A stretch of DNA of 63,142 bases, filler included, from Octopus bimaculoides (lineage: Eukaryota): assembly GCF_001194135.2 (NCBI RefSeq). It is 4 parts of 4 records of this genome, joined end to end, with 100 filler letters (N's around TTAATTAATTAA, not from the genome) between each part and the next. Parts side by side here need not be neighbours in the genome. Positions count along the whole stretch, not along the records: positions 13,390 to 39,599 come from NC_068982.1; positions 39,700 to 61,182 come from NC_068993.1; 2 more parts are not named here. The stretch is one strand, 5' to 3'. The notes below the pieces were generated by a model. That model was not told the origin of the DNA and ran no database searches. It saw nothing but the letters and a program-made list of their open reading frames with translations. Shown here piece after piece: positions 37,887 through 51,414 of this stretch (position 1 is the first letter of the stretch; each line of letters starts with the position of its first letter). The translations under genes were made by a program, and so were the position numbers.

Positions 37887-38817
37887 TATATATGTGTGTG
37901 TGTGTGTGTGTGTGTNNNNNNNNNNNNNNNNNNNNNNNNNNNNNNNNNNNNNNNNNNNNNNNNNNNNNNNNNNNNNNNNNNNNNNNNNNNNNNNNNNNNN
38001 NNNNNNNNNNNNNNNNNNNNNNNNNNNNNNNNNNNNNNNNNNNNNNNNNNNNNNNNNNNNNNNNNNNNNNNNNNNNNNNNNNNNNNNNNNNNNNNNNNNN
38101 NNNNNNNNNNNNNNNNNNNNNNNNNNNNNNNNNNNNNNNTGTGTATATGCATACATGCATACATACATACACAAACAAAAATACTCTGTTGTTGATTTTG
38201 AAATTTCGATGAAGGAGCCTTGGCTCTATGTTAGAAACCGGTTCTTTCTCTATTGGCAAGAAATCTTGAAATAAACTGAATAATGACATACATAGATACA
38301 TATATACATACAAATATAATGCAAGCATACATACATACAAACATACATACATACGCGCATTTTCAGTCATAGCAATTCAGGCATCCATCCATCTATTCAT
38401 TCATGCATCTATCCAACCACACATACAGGCATGCAATGCAATTACGCACATGTACATAGCTTTTTGTACGACAACATAAGGCCTTCTTACTAAGTACCTT
38501 CAGCAGTACTGCAGAACGCGGTATACAGTTGTGAAATATGCTAATTGGACAATGGAATTTGTAAGAAACAGCACGTTGTAGGCTGATAGACATGATATGA
38601 AGAAAGAACACAAATAAGAACACATAAATGTATATACAAACACTCTAGTTCACTCACACTCACTCACACGAACGCACGCACGCGCGCATATACACACACA
38701 TATACACACACACACATGCAGAAATTTCCATGAAAACAAAAGATATGAGTGTGACTACACATTTTTATTATATTTCTGCCTTCCTTTCAAATATTTCTTA
38801 CAATTTCGCTTTCTCTT

Positions 38818-38876
<59 letters not shown>

Positions 38877-38896
38877 GTATTACTCTCCTTTTATCT

Positions 38897-38940
<44 letters not shown>

Positions 38941-38960
38941 ATTACTCTCCTTTTACCTTA

Positions 38961-38992
<32 letters not shown>

Positions 38993-39284
38993 CTCTCTTT
39001 CCCTTTCTCTGCTTCTCTCACCCTTTCTCTCTCCTACCATCGTTGTCTTTCTCTTTCTCTCTTTCTCGGTTTCTCTCTCCCTCCCTCTTTTTCTCTATCT
39101 TTCTCTATCCCCATATCTCATGGCATCCATCTGTACACATTTGTGCTTTTGGAAGTGTCTCTCTATTATTGCAAGTAAATTCATATGAGACAAAAGTCAC
39201 ATATATACCCACATATTTGCTGCTTATGTGCGTAAACGTGTATATAATTCCTATTATAAATCTGTATATAAAGATGAGAATGTG

Positions 39285-39385
39285 TGTCTGTCTGTCTGTG
39301 TGAATCCCTAAAACTCAAGTACTACACAACCGATTTCATCCAAATTTTACACATTCCTTACTTAGGGTACAAACAGTGTCATGTG
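39285..39385. mobile_element. Possible non-autonomous Helitron/Helentron-like fragment
   Basis: (GTCT)n followed by AACCGATTTCATCCAAATTTTACACA, a motif I recall from such elements. Confidence 0.3.
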
Positions 39386-39386
39386 C

Positions 39387-39553
39387 GGATCAGTTAATTA
39401 TGATTTTATTCAACATATTCCCCTCTCAGATTCACACACTTATTGCAGCGGTCCTTCAAGTTTTCTTAACTCTGTAACAGAACTCAAAAGTTGGACCACC
39501 AACCAGGCCTTTGACTCTACCCTTAAAGTCAGGAACTTTTCAGCACCACCTCG
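39387..39553 (-). mobile_element. Mariner-derived MITE fragment
   Basis: Minus strand begins TA|CGAGGTGGTGCTGAAAAGTTCCTG and contains the mariner 3' remnant AAGTGTGTGAATCTGAGAGGGGAATATGTTGAATAA. Confidence 0.75.
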
Positions 39554-39643
39554 TATATAAGCACAAATATATACCTACCTACATACATAAGTAAGTAAGN
39601 NNNNNNNNNNNNNNNNNNNNNNNNNNNNNNNNNNNNNNNNNNN

Positions 39644-39655
39644 TTAATTAATTAA
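39644..39655. other. Assembly linker TTAATTAATTAA
   Basis: Same construct as at 13334. Confidence 0.95.
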
Positions 39656-39822
39656 NNNNNNNNNNNNNNNNNNNNNNNNNNNNNNNNNNNNNNNNNNNNT
39701 AAAATAAGAAGCGAGGACGGTGAAAATTCTGTAAATAATGATTATAAGCGTTTCACCGTATATTGGCTAGAAACATACTCTAGTATTGGGCATATAGGCC
39801 TTCGACGGAAATATATTATTCA

Positions 39823-39866
<44 letters not shown>

Positions 39867-41454
39867 AAGTGAGAGAGGAAGAGAAAGAGAACGAGACAGA
39901 CAAACAGACAGACAGAGACCGGAACTAACTTGACAGTGTTTTCCAGTTAATGTCGTCGTTCAGCCATAGAGAGGTCAGATTTGATCACAGGTGTTACACC
40001 TGTTACATATAATTTAATACCAGAAACTAAAGCATTCTAGACCAGGAAGATATGCTATATGTTTGAGCTTAAAATCTCGTTACTTGTAGATCGTGCAATT
40101 CCTGTAATAAAAACATATTTACATGAGTGACCACGATTCTATCTCTCCTATTCTTTTACCATCTCTCTCTCTCTTTCCCGTCTCTCCTTTTCTTTCCCTG
40201 TAACTTGGCGAAAGATCTGTGAATATACAAAGCCGTTAACATCTGTAGAAAACCAGCTTTAGTTATTAAAATGCATATGTATGCAACGTAATCTTACTTT
40301 ATAAACAGTGAGAGCGAAAATGAACGTGAAATATCAATATTTGTTGCTCTCTTTTACGTCCAAGGATAATTTCGTTTCGCCTAGTTTTGAGAGATGCTAT
40401 GTTTCTAAACACAATATGTCTTTAAAGTGTCGACCTTCCAAAATAAGACGCAGCCCCCCAGAGTTCTCTAACGCACATGTATGACGTTATGTTGATAATG
40501 CTTATACGCTTATACATCCCAAAACACACCATACACACATACACACTCACATACATTTACATGTATGGCTATTTCATACAAAACTATATCATTACATTTT
40601 AACCCCTGGAGAACAACTTTTCGAGCTGGCCAACGACACACAACTTGTGTCTGATACATTGTTAGTAAGGAAACGAACCACTCCTCTCTAGCGTGGTAAG
40701 ACCAGTAGTCCAGAACTGGCTCCAGTGTCTCACCCTTCCTCAGTACTGGACACTTCCTTTCTAGAGATGGTAGTCGTTCATTCCTACTTGCAATATATAA
40801 ACAAAGAAGCGACAATCAACTGCTGACCTTGCAACAAGCAAAGTAGCAAATTCTAAAATCTCTATAAGAGATGCTCATAGTATCTATACTGAAAAGTAAT
40901 GTCGGCTGCCACTTCACCGTGGCTCTTCCATATAGAATTATGTTAGTACATTTTAACCCTGGGAAAACTTCTTTTCCACTAATTTATTTCACGATAAATT
41001 TAAACAAACCCTATGCCAAATTAGGGGCAACTTCACTTATAAGGAGAGAAGAAAAAACTTTCTTCTTAAGAGCAAACGAGCGTTATTTTCAAGTATTAAA
41101 AGCTGCAATATGCATTGAAACGATACGAAACAAACAATAGAAAACACTTATGAAATAAACACAGTAACTCAACCTAAAATCTCGCGAAGTCCATTATTGA
41201 TATTTACAATGAAACCCCATTGAACACACTCATATCATTGATATCAACAAAGAAGCCAAACAAACTGCAAAAACTTTTAAATTAGACTGCTTAGCATTAG
41301 CGAAAAGCAACCATTACTCTAAAAGATCACAACAAAACTTCGACAATAGTAACTCAAATAAAATGTATTCATTTATATATCTCTTTTTTGTATACATAAA
41401 TTCATGGTTATGTGTATATCTATAGGTAAATGTAGCTATATATTTATATATATA

Positions 41455-41506
<52 letters not shown>

Positions 41507-41882
41507 CGCGTTTGTGTTCGTGTGTGTGTGACTGTGTGTTTCTCTTATTAACGCATTTCGGTTTATGCGTAAATAAGGGTGAAATTATTTAGACGTTATC
41601 TATTGTTTGAGTGAAGCACATACGAATATATACTCACACACAAACACACAAACACACACACACACACACACATACACTTATATCTATGGAATATTTATAT
41701 TTTATATTTTCGTTTGCAAGCACTGGCATTAAGAATAAGGTATATGTATGCACTTTCAACTTATTTATCTCTCACGCTGTCGTTCTGTCTTCTTTTTCCT
41801 TTTCTTTTTCTCACTATCACTTCCCATTTCTCTCCCTTCTCTCTGTTTATCTTTCAATATGTGTACTTATAAATATATGAAT

Positions 41883-41929
<47 letters not shown>

Positions 41930-42454
41930 NNNNNNNNNNTGTGTGTGTGTATGTATGTATGTATGTATGTATGTATATATATATATATATATATCTCCAC
42001 CCATACACATTCAATAATACTATAAAAGAAAGTGATCCTCTGAAGTGAAATCATATTGGAAGAACCTACAAGAATAGGTGCAAGCGCTAATATTTATAAA
42101 ACATATGACATATTAATAAAAATTCGTATATGTACAACCATCCAGATATCTGACTACCTTATTATTTTTTTCCAATATATATATATATATGTATGTTCAT
42201 ATCCATGCTTCAATCAAGTTTTAAGCGTAATTTCTCTAATTTTCTTTTCGTATTATAAGTTTTTGAGTATTTTAGAGAGAGTATATCCGAGAGCAGAAAT
42301 CAAAACAGTTATTTTTTTATTTTATATTAAAAATTGCATAATTTTTACGTGTTTCGCTAGATGATATTAATGTGTTTTGGTAGACAACTGCATATTGCTA
42401 TACGAGATTATCAGAAAAATATAGTAATTTACTCCATTATTATTCAGCAACATA

Positions 42455-42521
42455 AGACGGTTTCGCTGGCAGGATCGTTGCTACGTTCTGAGTTCAAATT
42501 CCGCCGATGTCGACTTTTGGC
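42455..42521 (+). mobile_element. Meta-like SINE head, 3'-truncated
   Basis: CTACGTTCTGAGTTCAAATTCCGCCGATGTCGACTTT ends abruptly at the telomeric repeats. Confidence 0.8.
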
Positions 42522-42523
42522 TT

Positions 42524-42547
42524 TTAGGGTTAGGTTTAGGGTTAGGG
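42524..42547 (+). repeat. Interstitial telomeric repeat TTAGGG-TTAGGT-TTAGGG-TTAGGG
   Basis: Direct reading. Confidence 0.9.
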
Positions 42548-42659
42548 TATCCGCATGATTTGGTGTTGTAGAGTAAGAGAATTTAACAATGTACCTATTA
42601 AAAAAGCAGTGGTATTTACATTTATGAGGAAAGGTGTACATAACATATCAAAGAAATTT

Positions 42660-43530
42660 TAAGGCATATTTGCTTTAATGTTTATTCCTTTTTTACTAAA
42701 GTTCAGTTAATACAAGTTTCGTTCCTTTTTCTCGTTTTAATATTTCTATATTTTATTTTCTTATGGAGTACTATATATTATAGGAGGTATACTGTAATTA
42801 AACTTTGGGAATCGTTTTGAAGTTGTGTTGCTAGAGTATAGAATTTTAAATATTTTGGAAGCGATTATGTTATTTCTTATCCTACCTTCTAAATTAGAAT
42901 TTTTAATAACAGTATTAGAAATACTGCGACCGTTTGATTCGAACTTATTATTAGATTTCTGTATGCATTTATATTTTATTACAATTTTTAACCCTATTTA
43001 TAGTTGCATATTCACTCTCATGAGATTGAGATCTAATAATTTCGTTTGCTAGTTTTATTAAATTATTCCTACATGTTGGATTTGTAAAGGTTATCAGATA
43101 TGTTTTTGGTAATATAAGGGATATAAATATTTCTTCAAGGACCCACTGCTGGTTGCATTAGCATTGTAGTTAATTAAATTAGATACGAATATTATATAAT
43201 CGTTTATTTGCAATATTTTTACAACTGGAAGGTTGCGTTTAAGTGTTTTGTTGTACGTTAATATATTTCGCATGATTATGCGTAGAATTTAAGCTAAATT
43301 TAAAGATGCTTTCATTAGAGGAAGTAATGAAATGGGTCTTGTCCTTAAAACCATTATAACATTCGCAGTTATTATTAAATATTTCTAAGTTAGAGGAAAG
43401 GCTGGTTTTTCTAAACGGAATATTTTCTACAAGATTACCTATAACAGGTTTTCGATTATTAGAATTTTTATATTTGCGTTCTGAGGTCTTTATTAGGTTC
43501 TTCTAAAGGAAAGTGTAGGCTATTCAGTCC
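42660..43530 (-). mobile_element. Decayed Penelope-like ORF relic (post-RT region and GIY-YIG)
   Basis: RKPVIGNLVENIPFRKTSLSSNLEIFNNNCECYNGFKD resembles HPP.II..IP.SI..R.S.LSSN.EIFN.....YN.ALK. Confidence 0.45.
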
Positions 43531-43571
43531 TAAGGTGACCTCAAAATAAGAATTTACCAGTCCAATCTAGT

Positions 43572-43872
43572 GGAAACACATGGACTACTGGATAGAGCAG
43601 CAGACTCGCAGTCGAGGGATCGCGGGTTCGAATCTCAGACCGGGCGATTCGTGTGTTTATGAGCGAAACACCTAAGTTCCACATGGCTCCGACAGAAAGT
43701 AATAGCGAATTTCTATTTACTCTTTCGCCACAACTTTCTCTCACTCTTTCTTCCTTCATCTAGCAGCTCACCTGTAACGGACAGGCGTCCCGTCCAGGTG
43801 GAGGACCTATGCGCCAATGAAACTGGGTAACCGCTCCTTATGAGCCAGGCATGGCTCGAGAAGGGACAAACA
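43572..43872 (+). mobile_element. OR-type SINE head and body joined to a different 3' tail
   Basis: 43572-43755 matches the 20662 family. It then continues GCGTCCCGTCCAGG...ATGAAACTGGGTAACC...GAGCCAGGCATGGCTCGAGAAGG instead of the usual tail. Confidence 0.8.
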
Positions 43873-45302
43873 ACATAGTCCAATCTGAAAAAGACAGATT
43901 GTTTATAATAATTAAAGGTAGGCCTGGAATTATGCAAGGCTATTGTTCAAGGTGTCATACAATGAGACTGAACACAAAACCGTGTGTTTGCAATCCCATC
44001 TTCGAAGTCACGCAGTCTTACCTACAGCGTACGTCAAGTACTGAAGGCTTCATTGACATTCCTTATGTATTATGTAATCATCTTACTGTCGGATTGGAAA
44101 AACTCTTCTTGGATGTGCAGAGGTTATATCTCTTAGTCGTGTATTAACATTTGAACTTTCCAGTATACTACACCGTATGTTCTGGGTTTTTTTAACCACC
44201 AGCTGTAATTTGACACGTTTGATCCATATCTTTTATTAACATGTCTGGAGGTCTATCTATCTATTTATAGCTAGGTCCTTCTTTCTCCGTATATATATAT
44301 ATATATATACATACATATATATATGTACACACACATATATATATANNNNNNNNNNNNNNNNNNNNNNNNNNNNNNNNNNNNNNNNNNNNNNNNNNNNNNN
44401 NNNNNNNNNNNNNNNNNNNNNNNNNNNNNNNNNNNNNNNNNNNNNNNNNNNNNNNNNNNNNNNNNNNNNNNNNNNNNNNNNNNNNNNNNNNNNNNNNNNN
44501 NNNNNNNNNNNNNNNNNNNNNNNNNNNNNNNNNNNNNNNNNNNNNNNNNNNNNNNNNNNNNNNNNNNNNNNNNNNNNNNNNNNNNNNNNNNNNNNNNNNN
44601 NNNNNNNNNNNNNNNNNNNNNNNNNNNNNNNNNNNNNNNNNNNNNNNNNNNNNNNNNNNNNNNNNNNNNNNNNNNNNNNNNNNNNNNNTATATATATATA
44701 TATATATACATACATACATATAAACACGCACGCACACACATACACACACAAAGAAGCCAAATTATTTTCCATTGTCCTACACTTGTTGTCATACAACAAT
44801 GCACCCAAACGTCCGTTTTAAGCAAGTCCTAACTAACTAACTGATTCACTTTCATCATTTTATTCCTCTCACTTATACACATATAGACCACATATCAAAC
44901 AAACATATGATACTTATTCAAAAATAAGACGTCACCGAATACTCGGTATTAAATACGGCGATGACAGAAGCCTCTCTATTATTAGCCGATTACAGAGAAA
45001 GTGAACAGCGAAGTTGATATGATGCCAGGTGTCTAATTGAGAGGTCACTGGTTCGTCTATTGTATCAGGTATTGTGTCGAGGCCATAACCAGTAAACAAA
45101 ATCTCTCATCAATATTAAATCCACTTAGCTGTATGTAGGTCAGTTATTATTTATCACTAGGTCAGAAATACTGGAGAACAACTTTGTTCAAAGAAATCCT
45201 AAATAAGACCATTACATCTTTTATTCAGATTTAGGGTGTCGAGGATAAAATTTTGAATTAAGGAATGCGATTTTAGAAATTCGGAAGGCTAGAAAGGCGT
45301 CT

Positions 45303-45551
45303 CTGTGCCTCAGTAAAGCTGGACTCATGAGTTATCTTCGTAGTCATAAAGCAAGACCGATGATTGACTACCAGGCCGTTGGTGATGATGCTACACCCCA
45401 TACTAATCATGTCTGTCGGGCATGTGGAAGGGAGTGTGATTCAGCAGGAGGACTTAAACGACACGCAAAGGTACATGGAACCCAATAACAACAGCCAGCT
45501 ATTGCCAGTAAAGGTTTTGGATGCCAACTCTGTGCAAGACATTGCAGATCT
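45303..45551 (+). pseudogene. Tandem C2H2 zinc-finger fragment, probably the C-terminus of an RTE-type LINE ORF
   Basis: LCLSKAGLMSYLRSH...CRACGRECDSAGGLKRHAKVH (C-x2-C-x12-H-x3-H, 45414-45476), then TAA at 45486, then CQLCARHCRS running into the gap. No TGEKP linkers. Confidence 0.65.
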
Positions 45552-46445
45552 NNNNNNNNNNNNNNNNNNNNNNNNNNNNNNNNNNNNNNNNNNNNNNNNN
45601 NNNNNNNNNNNNNNNNNNNNNNNNNNNNNNNNNNNNNNNNNNNNNNNNNNNNNNNNNNNNNNNNNNNNNNNNNNNNNNNNNNNNNNNNNNNNNNNNNNNN
45701 NNNNNNNNNNNNNNNNNNNNNNNNNNNNNNNNNNNNNNNNNNNNNNNNNNNNNNNNNNNNNNNNNNNNNNNNNNNNNNNNNNNNNNNNNNNNNNNNNNNN
45801 NNNNNNNNNNNNNNNNNNNNNNNNNNNNNNNNNNNNNNNNNNNNNNNNNNNNNNNNNNNNNNNNNNNNNNNNNNNNNNNNNNNNNNNNNNNNNNNNNNNN
45901 NNNNNNNNNNNNNNNNNNNNNNNNNNNNNNNNNNNNNNNNNNNNNNNNNNNNNNNNNNNNNNNNNACACACACATACATACATACATAAATACATACGTA
46001 CATACATACATACATACATACATACATACATACATACATACATACATACATACACACACATATCTATATAAACACGCGAACACAAACACACAAACTCTCT
46101 CACACACACCCATGCAAGCGTACACACACGCACACTCACTCACACGTTATATAAAGTCTAATGACTGATCATTTGATATAAAACGAAGGTCTATTCCGTA
46201 AAATCTTGATTATCTTTTATTTGCGTTTTCCTCCATTTTCTTATTCCCCGATTTAGTAGTTGCATTCGGCTCTGCAGTTGGTTCTCTCACTGTTATTAGT
46301 GACACTTAATAACGAGTGGATTGGTTGCGTACATATCATACATACATGCATACGTGCATACATCGATGTATCTGAGAATGTGTATATACGCATTTATACA
46401 CACGCGTGTGTGTGTTTCCTTGTTTTGTGTCTGCATTTGTATACG

Positions 46446-46505
<60 letters not shown>

Positions 46506-46587
46506 AACTAATCTGTCTAATCTATCTATCTATATATCTATTTATCTATCTATCTATCTGGCTGGCTGTCTGTTTGCCTCAATGTAT

Positions 46588-46629
<42 letters not shown>

Positions 46630-46728
46630 TAAATGCATATATACACATATTTGCCTTCATGTATATATATAGATATATATATATATAAATAAATAAAAAA
46701 CGCACACGGAAACATAGGTGTATAACAT

Positions 46729-46766
<38 letters not shown>

Positions 46767-46768
46767 GA

Positions 46769-46806
<38 letters not shown>

Positions 46807-46807
46807 G

Positions 46808-46842
<35 letters not shown>

Positions 46843-46934
46843 GGATAGATAGATATGTCTNNNNNNNNNNNNNNNNNNNNNNNNNNNNNNNNNNNNNNNN
46901 NNNNNNNNNNNNNNNNNNNNNNNNNNNNNNNNNN

Positions 46935-46999
<65 letters not shown>

Positions 47000-47574
47000 A
47001 ACACACCCACCTACATTTATTACATGTGTATGGCCATGGAGAGAGTTCGCTAGTAAAATAACGTATGGGTTAATATACATATTTGGCTGCTTCACTCTCT
47101 ATTATTTAACCTGTTCATGTGTACATATACACACATCTGTTTGTCCACTCGTATATAATGATATATCGACTCGTTACATACTAACCTTCCGGAATGTTTT
47201 AGATGTATCTATATTTCCATAAATAGCTCCAAGCTCAAAATTCTTAATTAACCGTTTCTTTTGTGGTTTAACGAAAATCAGCTTCACAAGATTTCTACTG
47301 AGGCAATTTATATATCCAGGCGCCCTAATAATTACAGTTATAAATCTTAATTTAATTTCTATATGGAGTAACTGTAAATTTCTCTTGTGCTCAGTATCAA
47401 CATTTTCTTACGCTTTTATATTTAATATATCGTCTGCTGAACAACTGATTTTTATCAGTGTAAACACTTCTCTGTTCCAATTCATGGTACCGAGAATGTT
47501 AAGATTGTATTTTACTAAGAGTTTGACAAGAACGTTCCACTGATTTTCTTTCATATTGTGATTGAGTTAGTTCA

Positions 47575-47770
47575 GTGGGTAGTGCATCGGGCTCTTAATC
47601 GTGAGGTTCTGAGTTCTCTTTCTGGACCGGGCTGTGTTTTTGTGTTCTTTATTTATTTCACGTTGCTCCATTTCACTCAGCTGTAGAAATGAGTTGCGAC
47701 GTCACTGGTGCGAAGCTGTATCGGCCTCTTTGCCTTTCCCTTGGATAACATCAGTGGTGAGGAGTGAGGA
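47575..47770 (+). mobile_element. Diverged tRNA SINE (family of 4559)
   Basis: A/B-box head followed by TTATTTCACGTTGCTCCA...CACTCAGCTG. Confidence 0.75.
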
Positions 47771-47872
47771 GTTATTAACTCCATTCGTTTTGGTTTTTCT
47801 TTTGTTTTTGTTTTGTCCCCACCTTGTGCTGTCCCCTCTGTGTAAGACCTTTTAGGCCAATTTCATAAAATA

Positions 47873-48287
47873 AAGAAGCTTGCTTCGCAGCACCTGGTTC
47901 CGAGTTCAGTCCTACTGCGTGGAAACTTGGCTACGTCTTTTCTACTATAATTTCAGATCTATCAACACTTTGTGAATGGATTTGATAGACGGAAACTGAA
48001 AGAAGCCCGTCTAGTGTGTCTATATGTGTGTGTGTGCGTGTGCGTGTCTTTGTGTCTATATTTGTCTACCACCACAGCTTGACAACCGGTATTCGTTTGT
48101 TTACGTCCCTGTAACCTAGTTGTTCGGTAAAAGAGACCGATTAAAATAAGTACCAGGCTTTAAAAATAGATAAAAAAAATTTTAAATAAATTTGTATTGA
48201 GACCGATTTATTCGACTAAAAATCTTTAAGACGGTTCTCCATCCTGGCTGCAGATTCATGCCTGAAACAAACAATAAAAATAAAAGA
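47873..48287 (+). mobile_element. CORE-like SINE, diverged
   Basis: GACGGAAACTGAAAGAAGCCCGTC, (GT)n, AAAAGAGACCGAT...AAGTACCAGGCTT. Confidence 0.9.
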
Positions 48288-49034
48288 CATACATGTTTGT
48301 GTGTGTGTGCCTCTGTGTGTGTGTTTGTGAGTATTTAAACATGTTACTCTATGTGTCTTCTCGTGGTTATATATGCACAGATGTAAGCTTGTATCTATGC
48401 GCCTATCTTTTCATATATGGATCACAAAATATTCGTTTGTAAGTGTGAACGTTTGTGGCGCCAAGTCTTATAGGTCAAATTTCTTGTAGCTAATCTTTCT
48501 AATGGAAAAAACTATAGAATGTCCCTCTTAATAGATTAGGTAAGAAGACAGTTGCTATGGTTACTAATCTAGCAACCTATGTAGGCAATGAGATTAATTG
48601 ATTGTAGAGTCAGTTAAAATTTTCTATATTAATTATAAATGAGAAATTGAAGACTAATTGACTAATCTAATCAAATTTTTGTTCACTGATTTATTTGACT
48701 GTTAGAAAGACAAACGTATACATTCATTATGGCTGACGTCGTTGTTGTGGCTGCTACTGCTGCCGGTGTTCTTGCTGTTGTTGTTGTGTTGTTGCTGCTA
48801 TTGATGTTGGTGTTGTTGTTGTTGCTGCTGCTGCTGCTGCTGCTCCTGTGTATATCTAGGTCACTACTGATTCAGCAGATGCTTTGGGAAGTCGTATCGT
48901 AATACGTGGAACTTGGTTGCTATTTCTAGCTTGTCGAACGGCCATTTATACGCAGGCTTGTCTTTCAAAGATCTAGTCTGGCGCTCTGCTTTTTGTGTCA
49001 TCTGCTGCCTTATATTCTATAATGTAAATAATCC

Positions 49035-49360
49035 TTTCTAATTTTGGAAAAAGACCAGTAATTTTAAGGTGAGGGGCTAAGTTTAATTACATGGACCTTA
49101 ATTCTCAATTGGTACTTATTTTATCGACACTGGATGATGATAGACAAAGTCGACCTAAGCAAGATTTGAACTCAGAACGTAAAGAGCACGTAAGAAATTG
49201 TCATTGACGTGTTTCAAATTTGGTGCAGTGCCAGTATCATGAGCAGGAGAGTGCCAATCAATAGCTCAGCCACAGTACTTAGCTGGTACTTTATTATATC
49301 GACCTTGAAAAGATGGAAGACAAAGTCCTCCTGGGCCTGATTTGAGCTGAGAACGTAAAG
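49035..49360 (-). mobile_element. Two Meta-like SINE fragments in tandem
   Basis: GGTACTTATTTTATCGAC...GATTTGAACTCAGAACGTAAAGAGC occurs twice. Confidence 0.8.
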
Positions 49361-49379
49361 AGCCACCTCTTGGCACTGT

Positions 49380-50450
49380 CAACAGACGATTATCCTCGGA
49401 CCTGATATTGGTATGCAGAAGAAATATCAGTTTCTGGGTCCTGCGATTGTTGTAATCCCTTCTGCTGTCCACCGTATTCTTTCTGACTTTTCATTCTTTC
49501 TCGGTAAAAAGCTCTCAAGTGACTGTTATTATCACATACATAGCAACTAGGTTTCCTGTTTGCACCACCTGTTCTAATGATTTTTTACTTGCAAAATGAG
49601 TTACAATTTCGAATATTGTTTTGAGCTGAGTGTGGGGTGCTAGATTCCCTTGTTCGAAAATATAAGGACACAGATCGTGTCGTACAGCCAGCTGGAGACG
49701 ATGTCTCCTGGGGCTAAATTACAGCAACGTTAGTCCTAAACCAAGACTGCCATGTTATGTTAGCAAACAACCTTTACTACAAAGTACTGTTGCTGAATAC
49801 CTCACGTTGTGAGATTTAAAAATAGTAATTTTCAAACTCCGAAATAGTTTGACCACCTTCGAGGGTCATCACCCCTTCGTCAGACACCATGTTATCATGT
49901 GACACTTCTGAACCCGCCACGTCTTTGTACTGAACCGCTATTGTAAAGATTATTCAATAATTAACGTAAACCCATGTATCTGGCCGTGAACACTGTATTT
50001 AGTCTTCACGAATATTAAGACACTTGCCTATGACCAGATCTGAGGATTATCAATTCCACTTCTCTAATCATATCGTCCTCCGTTTCTGCTCTTCTATACA
50101 CCGTATCCCAGTCGAAATTGCGTACATCATGACACACATCATTCAGGATTTCCTTCAGCTACTATTTTGGCTGCTTCAGAATGGTGTTTTTGTCTACCTG
50201 CTCATTAGGTCTTGTACGTCCTTTATTTTCCAACCCAGCCACTCATATGTCATTCTTCTTGATCTCAATTCACATTATCTGTCTTTTGGGTACCCCTAAA
50301 TTGACGACAATTCAAGGTTCAACATCCCTTGCCAAAAATCACTGATCCTGGCTCTCGTGTTTCATGGACCCAATTACTGTGATTCAAATGTATAAGAAGC
50401 CGTATTTCGAACCAGCTCCACCCGTTTCTTTACATCTTTTCCTTCATTCC
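49380..50450 (-). mobile_element. Decayed RTE-type LINE 3' relic(s)
   Basis: PRKNEKSERIRWTAEGITTIAG resembles YPR..KR..GRP..RW.D.I.K.AG, and DWDTVYRRAE resembles W....R.A.DR. Many stops and frameshifts. Confidence 0.4.
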
Positions 50451-51414
50451 TAATGACTATACGTTTAGATCTGTGTAAACTGCCAGGACCGACAAGAGAT
50501 ATTGTCTCGCTCATCAGTCATAGCCAGCAGTAGTTATTGCTTGTAGGTACAAGAAAAACACCCATGATTTTTAGCGAGGCCGGCATTCATGATTTATACT
50601 TCATCACTCTTCGACAGCGTCATCAGGAAAACCATGATTCGTCACACAACTTCGCCACACTGACTTCTGCAGTTTACACGTATTTCGTTTCTCTGTGTTA
50701 CTTTTAACGCTAGAGAAAGAAGAAAAGTAATTACTCCAATCCGAAATAACAGCGTCATCATTCGTTAGAGCATGTGCTCCTATGAGAGTGTGTGTTTATG
50801 TGTGTAAGATTGTAGGTATGTGTGTGTGTGTGCGCCTGTGCTGTTTTTACTGGTGTTAATAACGCCTCTTATTCTTTCATTATGTAAATATTTTCATGCG
50901 GGGGTTTTCAGTGACAACAAAATAATTTCTTTATCTATTTTGTTACAAACGTTGCTGTGTTTTAAGTTATCGTTTTGTCTTTGCTATGTTAGAGGCGTTC
51001 CCATTTATTCTTGTTGTTGTACTTTATTATTGACGCAGTTGTTTTAAAATTCTCCAAAGACAAAACACAAAATGTTAACAAATGAAAACTCCAAACCTTT
51101 CTCATTTATTTTCATACAAAATAAACTACACTTGTTAGAATGAGCCGTTGTAATAACCCAATGAAGTAGGAAAACAGGAAGAAACATTTACCAGCAAAAA
51201 TCGGAGCACAAAAAACATGTCCACTCATACACAACCGTCAGTAATACAGAATTCTGATTTAAGCAGAATATGTATAATGGCAGAAATCTCAGAGCAAGTT
51301 TGTAAGTCAACGACATTGATGCTAGACTAAAGTAAAGTTTAGATTTGTTGGGTTTTTTTCGTGTGTTCACTAAAAGAACGATTACGAAGCTGGAAATATC
51401 CACTACTAAATTTA

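Noticed and set aside
40510-40815. 101-aa minus-strand ORF in unique sequence
   Set aside because: No recognisable domain, and its end runs into a microsatellite.
50500-50630. Two minus-strand CTGATGA motifs
   Set aside because: Neither is followed by a stem II plus GAAA and NUH arrangement, so they are not hammerheads.
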